43,626 bases of DNA from a virus (lineage: Duplodnaviria > Caudoviricetes). This document shows positions 37,281 to 43,626 of the stretch, piece by piece; position 1 is the first letter of the stretch, and the number at the start of each line of letters is the position of its first letter. The DNA is taken from positions 1-43,626 of IMG/VR virus record IMGVR_UViG_3300011422_000003; one strand, 5' to 3'. The notes beneath the pieces are model-generated. The model ran no database searches, was not told the DNA's origin, and saw nothing but the letters and a program-made list of their open reading frames with translations. The translations under genes and the position numbers were made by a program.

Positions 37281-37853
37281 TCAACAATCCCTCCTACAAC
37301 CACACCTTCTATCTAAACTCCCACACCATACACAGAATGTATCAATAACATCTAACCTATCGCTATCCCTCTTAAAAGAAGACATTATACCCTTAACAAC
37401 ATACTTCACAAACTCTAAATCTTCATCGTCGATAGGGAGGGTTATAGTTATTGCTTGCATTACTACACCCCACATACAGCAAAAGCTAGTTGATACTTCT
37501 CATTGTAATAAAGCACCTTAGCACCACTGTGGAGTGGATTTTCTTTTATCCTATCCAATAAATCTTGATCTTCCCTCACACTATAATGCTCTATAGATAC
37601 CATACTATCAATCACATCGTAGAGAATAACTGTTATCACTTTAGCCATATAGTTCCTCAACCCTTACTGTAAGTTTCCTATGGTAGTTAAACGGTATATG
37701 ATGCCTATCACCACAGAAGTAATCCCCTACAGCAGAGTGTATCACTGTACCGCGCTTGTACTTACCTTCAGTAACTCTACTTAGTTCATCATGTATCGCT
37801 TCATTTAATGAGCGTAAGGAACCGTTCCAGCATATGTTTATTTCAACCTCCAT
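37281..37853 (-). other. Three small ORFs (37641-37853, 37463-37660, 37281-37475) between the two polymerase genes
   Basis: Overlapping start/stop codons; the last ends in FCVWCGS...CGC. Confidence 0.7.
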
Positions 37854-39330
37854 ACAATTCTTCCCTCATCCTTTTACTCCCCCCTAGCTTAAAGGTACTA
37901 TCCCCTGTTATCTCTTGTGCTCTTTTTTCATACTCTTGTAGACGTTCAATTAATATCCACTTCACATCGTCAAGGCGAGAGGTGTCAAGCAGTGCTCCAC
38001 TTTGTTGAGCTTTGTCAATGATAGGTATAAGGGGTAAGCGGTACTTTTGATACACCGCCCAACTTAATCTATCCCTCTTAAACTCAGGGATGAAGTACCC
38101 CCTCCACTCTTGCATAGGCTCATAGCTGTCAAAAGCGCTGTACGCTTCGGGTTCATCCTCTGGTAGGTGTTTATACCTATTCAGTGTACCATAAATGCTG
38201 TTGATGTAATTAAGAGAGTGCGGCTCACCAGGCCACAGCACAGAATGTGCAAGCATCAAATCCTCAACCTTCACAGCACGCATATCCACCAAATTAGACA
38301 GATAAGCAACATCAGCAAGAGCGTTTTGTATGAGGACAGTTGATCCCTGTCGTACAGGAATAACATTATCACCCCCACTATCATGCTCAACACAGTAGAG
38401 ATTATAAGCTGAGTCACACATACTCCATCGGTATAACTCCTTTGTGTCGGGGTTGTACTCTGTATCGAAGGAGGAATAAGCAGGCCAGTTTTGAGGTGCA
38501 TTGCTACTCCACTGAGGTGGAGGTAAAGGCCACTCACCTCTCAACAACATACCTAACTTATGGAAGTCTTGATAGGTAGCGTGTGTGTACTTCTTATTAT
38601 CACCGTAGTTGAGTGCAGCAATGTGCATGGTGAAAAAGACTACCCTTTTATCCTCCAACAAAGAATGATAGCGAGAGGTATCAACAGTCCTGATAGTGCT
38701 GTAATCCCCCACTTCAACTCCATACCCTCTCCAACTTTCAAGTACCCCCTGTTTCTTCTTATACTCATCTTGATCTTTAGCAAGGCCAGTCATTTGAAAC
38801 ATAGCATGTCTACCCATTGTCACTACAACTTGTACGCTATCAGGGATGTGAAGGTGTGTTGCTTTGCAATGGCGCAGTGCTTTAACTATATCACTCTTTG
38901 TCTTATCATTATCCAAGCGCATACCTGCACTGATCGTGGGTAAATCATCAGCTTCTGCCTGCTGCATACCCTTTACACCAGCAGCCTTCATAGCAAGGGC
39001 TGGTCTACAACGGATGGCATTCCCTACTGACACTTCACTACGCTTCAAACCGCTCTCAGGGAGGAACTTTTTGTTGAAGTCTTGTCCCGTCTTGCCTATA
39101 AGTGGCTGTGACTCCACATCCTTAAACTCATCACTATACACCCCCTTCCCACTAAACCTCCTTCTCACTAACTCCTTCCCTTCAGCTTCATTCCTTCCTG
39201 GGTTTTGAGCAAGAAAAAAAACCTTGCTGCCAGGTACAATATAATCAGGTGTATAGCTGTTAGCAGGATCAAAGCGATAAACATAGAAAGGGCACCCTTC
39301 ACAGCTACTTGGTAGCATCATCGCGTTCAT
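37843..39330 (-). CDS. Family 4-like uracil-DNA glycosylase domain fused to PolA 3'-5' exonuclease and first half of the thumb
   Basis: CEGC, AQNPGRNE, PLIGKTG, NAIRCRP and MHIAAL (UDG); FDTE, QNALAD, DLMLAH and YSAFD (Exo I-III); GALLD...GDSTFKLGGSKRMREELY (thumb). Confidence 0.88.
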   Translation of the reverse strand: MNAMMLPSSCEGCPFYVYRFDPANSYTPDYIVPGSKVFFLAQNPGRNEAEGKELVRRRFSGKGVYSDEFKDVESQPLIGKTGQDFNKKFLPESGLKRSEVSVGNAIRCRPALAMKAAGVKGMQQAEADDLPTISAGMRLDNDKTKSDIVKALRHCKATHLHIPDSVQVVVTMGRHAMFQMTGLAKDQDEYKKKQGVLESWRGYGVEVGDYSTIRTVDTSRYHSLLEDKRVVFFTMHIAALNYGDNKKYTHATYQDFHKLGMLLRGEWPLPPPQWSSNAPQNWPAYSSFDTEYNPDTKELYRWSMCDSAYNLYCVEHDSGGDNVIPVRQGSTVLIQNALADVAYLSNLVDMRAVKVEDLMLAHSVLWPGEPHSLNYINSIYGTLNRYKHLPEDEPEAYSAFDSYEPMQEWRGYFIPEFKRDRLSWAVYQKYRLPLIPIIDKAQQSGALLDTSRLDDVKWILIERLQEYEKRAQEITGDSTFKLGGSKRMREELYGG

Positions 39331-39455
39331 TCCCCATAATCCAAGTTACCCCATACCAATGTCCTATTTCACCTCTTGCAAACAGTGCAGCCCTTCTCTT
39401 TCTCCTGTAAATCCTGTTCCACTTTATACACTTCTTTACCCAACTCATATCCACC

Positions 39456-39683
39456 TCAATACAACGGTATAGGGTTAGCCTCTATAATCGTTCTTGCCTG
39501 TGTATCCCACTCAAGAATCATATTGCACTCTCTGAATATAGTATAACAAACTTCAAAGCACTCTTTGCTGCAAGCAGAGACAGAAAGGTTATATGCTTCA
39601 TCCTTCCCCTTCCTCACCCCACAAGCAGCACATTTGAATGTCACTATCTCATTTACTTGAGGTCGTAGTGTATAATGACTCAT
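39456..39683 (-). CDS. Small zinc-finger protein
   Basis: CAAC...CSKEC (TRASH/MYM-like spacing). Confidence 0.7.
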   Translation of the reverse strand: MSHYTLRPQVNEIVTFKCAACGVRKGKDEAYNLSVSACSKECFEVCYTIFRECNMILEWDTQARTIIEANPIPLY

Positions 39684-39891
39684 CTTTTATCCTACTTAAC
39701 CGAGCCTTTTAGCTCTAGTGTCCTGTACGCCGCTACTATCTCCCACGCTTCCCTTGTCTTTTCTGCCAAGTTTGACCATGTCTTTACTCCTTTGTAGTAT
39801 GCTTCTTCTGGGCTACCGTAGTATGAAGTGAGCCATATCTCATACGCTTCTAACCCGTTCATCGCTTTATCTCCATTAGTGTTAACTTTGA

Positions 39892-40037
39892 AACACCCTC
39901 ACCTCTCCACAGGCTGAGTTGCACAGCCTTTCACTGTAGTCATCCTCATACGAGATAGAGAGGGGAAACCGTAACTCTATCACTAGCGGTATGAGGTACA
40001 GATTACATCACTCATGAAGGAGAGGTGAGGTGGTGTT
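39892..40037. ncRNA. Candidate ~145-nt structured RNA (three-way junction plus long irregular hairpin)
   Basis: CCTCACCTCTCC 39897-39908/40019-40030; AGGCTG/CAGCCT 39911-39929; TGTAGTC/GATTACA; CCTCATAC/GTATGAGG; GATAGAG/CTCTATC. Confidence 0.7.
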
Positions 40038-40043
40038 AGTTAC

Positions 40044-40673
40044 CTACCGCTGCCGTACAGTACGCTCAACCTTCCGCTTCAAGTCAACCACCACAGGGCT
40101 ATTATCCCCCTTCATCGTACGGATGATATAATCATCTTCAGCAAGAAAGTAGACCAACTTGCGGATAGTAGGCCGTTCTTCTTTGACAGCAAAGTAGAGG
40201 TCTTTGGCTCGTAGCCATAACTTTGTTGCCATATCAATCTTAGTAGGATCATCAGCTTTGAAGCGAGCATCAGGAGAGCAACGGAGGAATAACTTAGGTG
40301 TATACACATGCTCTCCTACCGTTCTACTCTCCACTTCAACGGTGAAGGAGAATATAGTCCTCCCTGCAGGATCAACGTCATCAGGGGCGTTGTCATTACT
40401 ATACACCCTCTTCTCAAACTCACACCGCCCACTCTTAAACCAATCCCCTGCTGGAGGATCAATAGCAGCCCTCAACCGCTCATCCCTTGCTTCATCCATC
40501 CCCTTCTCGTCAAGTTCCTCTAACGACATACCCCCCACTATAGACGTATTCCCATTACTACTTGCACTTGTGTAAGCTGGCTTCGTTGCACTGTCATCCA
40601 TCTCTTCAGGGATGTCATCAATGTCATCGTTATCTTCACTGCCTTTGGGGTTCACATTATTCCTGTTAGCCAT
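40044..40673 (-). CDS. Putative single-stranded DNA-binding protein
   Basis: Downstream of the Sak4-like gene; acidic disordered N-terminus, then PPAGDW and beta strands as in phage SSB-like proteins. Confidence 0.45.
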   Translation of the reverse strand: MANRNNVNPKGSEDNDDIDDIPEEMDDSATKPAYTSASSNGNTSIVGGMSLEELDEKGMDEARDERLRAAIDPPAGDWFKSGRCEFEKRVYSNDNAPDDVDPAGRTIFSFTVEVESRTVGEHVYTPKLFLRCSPDARFKADDPTKIDMATKLWLRAKDLYFAVKEERPTIRKLVYFLAEDDYIIRTMKGDNSPVVVDLKRKVERTVRQR

Positions 40674-41041
40674 TAGCTTTATCCTTTTCGCTTTGATTAC
40701 GTTTTGTCAGTTCATCATAAAGCAGCTTTAACTTCTTCTCACTAAACTTCAGTTCAGCCAAACTTACAGCTATAGTCCTCTCCTCTGATGCTATCACAGC
40801 TTTTATATCCGCTAAAGTTAACTCACCCATCGACATGCTCACGAGCTTTGTCCCTTTCTTTATATATCTCAGCCTCAATCAACGCTACCATCTGATGCGC
40901 TGCATTCTTCACAGCCACATCATCACTTCTCTCTGCCACATTCATCCAATGTTCGAGTTCAACTGTCAACTCTTGAATAGTCAAAACCATCACACCCTCT
41001 TCATCAAGTTCTGCAAAGCAGGCCATGTTTGATGTATCCAA
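40666..41041 (-). other. Two small helical ORFs (40666-40878, 40823-41041; true starts probably shorter)
   Basis: Both contain an LT[IL]x[ED][IL] helix start; overlapping in operon. Confidence 0.55.
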
Positions 41042-41841
41042 GGGGCCTTCTCCATAGCCCTTGTCACCTTTAACCCCTTTATCCCCACACCCATTACTTC
41101 ATCTCTTGGCAGGAACTGCCAGACGTGGTGGAGTTCGCTGTCATTACTCTTCTCACAACTCCCATGAATACAACGTACTCTCAGCTTGGCTGATACCCTC
41201 ACATCAAAGCGAGAGACAACATTGGTTGCCATATTCCCAGGGAGGTAAGGCCAGAGGTATCGTGTCGCTTCCATCCCTCCAGCCCTTTCACTATCTGTCT
41301 TAGCTGCTTGCCAGTCTTCTAACACAGTCACACCAATGAAAGGTATCTCACTTGCGTAGAAGGCAGCAAGGTACTGTCCAAACGAAGTGTGCCCTTGACT
41401 GTAAAAGCGTGCGCCTCTATACGGATCAACCTTCCCTTTTGTGCTGTCCCAATTCAACTCTTCACCTGCTAAGTATTGCCCCCCTGTAATGATGTTAAAG
41501 TTGTGGTGATACAAGTGGTGGATACCGTCAATAAACAACTTATCAGGTTTATTCTTCCTTACCTCCTTGTATGTCTCGTTAAAGTCATGCACAGCTTGTT
41601 CACTCCACTCTACACTGTGCATATCATCTTCACTGTCCATTACACTGTAGTAGCTGCTAATGGTATCACTATCCTCTGGTAGTGACCTTACCCCTGTCTC
41701 CCCTGGACAGACAATGATAACAAGTGACTTCCCTTCCTCTGCAAAGGTTTGTATACTATGTGTCTTACCGCTGTTAGAGAAGCCACTTATGAGTAGGCGA
41801 AGCTTGGTGAACTCCCCTGTACCCCTTTTAACCATTGGCAT
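40990..41841 (-). CDS. AAA_24/Sak4-like ATPase (single-strand annealing)
   Basis: LRLLISGFSNSGKT Walker A, LFIDGI Walker B, PYLPG...SRFD motif. Confidence 0.8.
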   Translation of the reverse strand: MPMVKRGTGEFTKLRLLISGFSNSGKTHSIQTFAEEGKSLVIIVCPGETGVRSLPEDSDTISSYYSVMDSEDDMHSVEWSEQAVHDFNETYKEVRKNKPDKLFIDGIHHLYHHNFNIITGGQYLAGEELNWDSTKGKVDPYRGARFYSQGHTSFGQYLAAFYASEIPFIGVTVLEDWQAAKTDSERAGGMEATRYLWPYLPGNMATNVVSRFDVRVSAKLRVRCIHGSCEKSNDSELHHVWQFLPRDEVMGVGIKGLKVTRAMEKAPWIHQTWPALQNLMKRV

Positions 41842-41843
41842 CT

Positions 41844-42314
41844 TTATCCCTTTTCACTTTCAACTTTTACCCGCCTTTTTACATACTCTTCAACAAGCCT
41901 TTGTATCTTCACCTCCCTTGACGGTTCAATATATGAATTGTATATATACCCCGCTTTGTGCATCTCCACATCAAGCATAGTATCACTCATACTCCCATAA
42001 AACTTCTTCGCTGCCGTCTCTGCTGCTCTCGCCTTATACGCTTGCCTTTGCGCTGTTGTTATAGAGCCATTCACCCTTAACAGTATCTTCTGTGCATTCT
42101 GTACATGCTTATCAATCCACTCAAGATGGGTGAGTATCTTCTCACTCTCATAGAGAAGTGTTTTCACACCGTAACGGTCAATGTTCTCCTTGAGGTAGTT
42201 AACAAACTGCGCCGTCTCATCATGAGAGTAAAAGTCAGGGAGCTCTACTCTCTTTTGTCTCTTCGTTGTGACTGCTGTGCTGCTTTTATCCACGGTCTGT
42301 TGTGCTCCTTTCAT
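41844..42314 (-). CDS. Hypothetical protein; leaderless ATG 42314 or SD-led GTG 42293
   Basis: ATG is 6 nt from the -10 box; AAGGAG precedes the in-frame GTG. Confidence 0.75.
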   Translation of the reverse strand: MKGAQQTVDKSSTAVTTKRQKRVELPDFYSHDETAQFVNYLKENIDRYGVKTLLYESEKILTHLEWIDKHVQNAQKILLRVNGSITTAQRQAYKARAAETAAKKFYGSMSDTMLDVEMHKAGYIYNSYIEPSREVKIQRLVEEYVKRRVKVESEKG

Positions 42315-42320
42315 ATAGAG

Positions 42321-42349
42321 AGTATACTCCCTCTGTGAGAATACGTCAA
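42321..42349 (-). promoter_or_regulatory. Sigma70-type promoter for the replication block
   Basis: TTGACG-17 nt-TATACT; the -10 lies in the palindrome GAGTATACTC (42320-42329). Confidence 0.85.
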
Positions 42350-42382
42350 TATCAAAATGGAAAAAAATGGAGGAAAAATACA

Positions 42383-42640
42383 GTGAGTGGAAACGGCGGA
42401 TACAGCTTGAAAATGAGGCAGCTAGGAAAGCCAGAATACAGGCTTATGAAGGCACTGCTTGAACGCTACCAGCTGAGAGACAGCGCAGAGCTGTTCAGCG
42501 TTGCCCTGTCTCTCATGTACGAGGTCTCCCTGTACAAGCATGGGGAGGGGGAGAAGTGGATTGCACAGGTCATTGACACGCTCTCCTCCACTCCTGAGAG
42601 CCACCGTACCTACGATACGCACACACCCCTAGAAAACTGA
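42383..42640 (+). CDS. Putative ribbon-helix-helix transcription regulator
   Basis: GGAGG SD before GTG 42383; YSLKMR strand followed by two helices (PEYRLMKALLERY, SAELFSVALSLMY). Confidence 0.55.
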   Translation: MSGNGGYSLKMRQLGKPEYRLMKALLERYQLRDSAELFSVALSLMYEVSLYKHGEGEKWIAQVIDTLSSTPESHRTYDTHTPLEN

Positions 42641-42701
42641 TCGCTACGCTCAGTGGGAGAGTGAGGCCCCATGGCTGGGCCTCCCCCTTCGGGGTTCACA
42701 G

Positions 42702-42730
42702 AGTGTATTACTGAAACGCAAAGTCGTCAA
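42702..42730 (-). promoter_or_regulatory. Sigma70-type promoter with no clear downstream gene
   Basis: TTGACG-17 nt-TACACT, firing into hairpins at 42636-42694 and antisense to 42383-42640. Confidence 0.8.
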
Positions 42731-43040
42731 GGTAATTCTGCAGAGCACGATGCACCACTAACGACGTAGAGCACCTCTCTACTATGAATGAAATTCATCA
42801 ATAACTTTTTACTAGTTCTCCTGTTAGGACTAAAAATGAGTAATGGATGTTTGATAGATTTTATCTATAAGGTTTGTAAGGTGTTGAAAAGGAAGGAGAA
42901 AAAAGTTTCAGTGGTGCTGTGTTTTACGCCTGTTTCAACCCGCCGGTGGCTCGGATATGCCTACGGCGTTCGGCCCTTTTAGAACAAGCTCTCAAAGGCT
43001 CCACAATGGCTCACGTTGCCTTTGAGTAACAGTGACTCTC

Positions 43041-43072
43041 CCTGTAAGTGACCTGGCCTGTAAGTGACCTGG
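43041..43072. repeat. Perfect 16-bp tandem duplication
   Basis: CCTGTAAGTGACCTGG x2. Confidence 0.9.
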
Positions 43073-43503
43073 GGGTAATCTGGACAGCTAATAGCCAGAA
43101 AGTCACCGTGCTATACAATTTGCTGGTATCCCCCTTGACCTTTTAGAGGGGTTGAGGGGGGAGTGTGATATGACAAAAAATGATAGCTCCTTCACATCAT
43201 ACCAGTTCAAATCAACCTCTCTCACTTTGACATACTTCTACTCCATCCATTCTACTCCACCCTATCTCTACCTTTCCATTCTATTATTAACTCTACTATC
43301 TTACCTCACTGTAATACTCACTGATATACTTCTATTCTATCTACTTTACTCCACTTTATATCTCTCTATTCTATTATTGACTTGACTATCTTATTTCAAT
43401 CTAGTTCACTTCGCACCTACTACTATGCTCAACCCTTTGTATATAATGTGGTGTAATTGCAAAGATTGTGCCATCTCTACTGTTTTACCCTCATCGCAGT
43501 AAA

Positions 43504-43626
43504 ATAAAAATAATATGAACTTTTCTTCATTTCCCCCATTTTTCCCCTTTACAAACATCTCAAGAACTCCTATATTTCTATCATCCACTCTGGATAACAG
43601 AGATGGCGGTTGGAGCTTCCGAGAGG
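43504..43626. repeat. Terminal direct repeat, copy 2
   Basis: Identical to 1-123. Confidence 0.95.

Noticed and set aside
37278-37845. Group I/II intron, intein or ribosomal bypass joining the polymerase halves
   Set aside because: No intron core or homing endonuclease, no matched take-off and landing codons, and the downstream gene has its own SD behind an in-frame stop.
37641-37870. EELYG at the ends of two consecutive ORFs as a target-site duplication
   Set aside because: Nucleotide identity is modest and the peptide follows from an overlapping purine-rich SD plus ATG of the next gene.
39950-39985. SRP RNA or 6S RNA identity for the 39.9-kb element
   Set aside because: Lacks the SRP CAGG/AGCA symmetric loop and the large central bubble of 6S.
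6014-40033. Shared AGGT-containing outer stems in several structured elements (6014, 16239, 22323, 40023)
   Set aside because: Similarity is short and SD-like in a purine-skewed genome; not enough to call one family without alignment statistics.
43201-43220. GTTCAAATC as a tRNA T-loop
   Set aside because: No T-stem or cloverleaf around it.
43200-43400. TAG-rich minus strand suggesting stop-codon reassignment
   Set aside because: Core genes are intact in code 11, and TAG ends the MCP and the 25453-27042 gene.

Overview
The window is a complete, circularly closed genome (~43.5 kb; bases 1-123 recur at 43504-43626) of a tailed dsDNA bacteriophage, probably podovirus-like. It has four transcription blocks. 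(1) A rightward early block (0.4-5.9 kb) with many small zinc-binding ORFs, a SWIM-finger protein, an AAA_25/RepA-type ATPase and a UvrD-like helicase. (2) A leftward fibre/membrane block (6.8-16.7 kb) with a beta-helix protein, a LamG-repeat protein, a DUF3309 protein and holin-like proteins. (3) A rightward morphogenesis block (17.0-36.2 kb) with TerL, portal, scaffold, an N4-gp56-like major capsid protein, ejection proteins and tail proteins. (4) A leftward replication block (36.2-42.3 kb) with a Sak4-like ATPase and a family A DNA polymerase. Near-consensus sigma70 promoters mark the block boundaries. I recognise no integrase, primase, small terminase, endolysin, tRNA or CRISPR array. The most unusual feature is the polymerase: it is split cleanly in the thumb into a UDG+3'-5' exonuclease gene and a polymerase gene, and many normally invariant active-site residues are altered. 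Other unusual features: a variant type III hammerhead fold whose stem III hides the ribosome-binding site of the first early gene; at least four more multi-stem non-coding elements; a candidate transcription-primed origin with GNA-triloop DNA hairpins; extreme and patchy G/C strand skew; and signal peptides on putative fibre proteins. All calls come from reading motifs and base-pairing by eye; no searches or folding programs were run.
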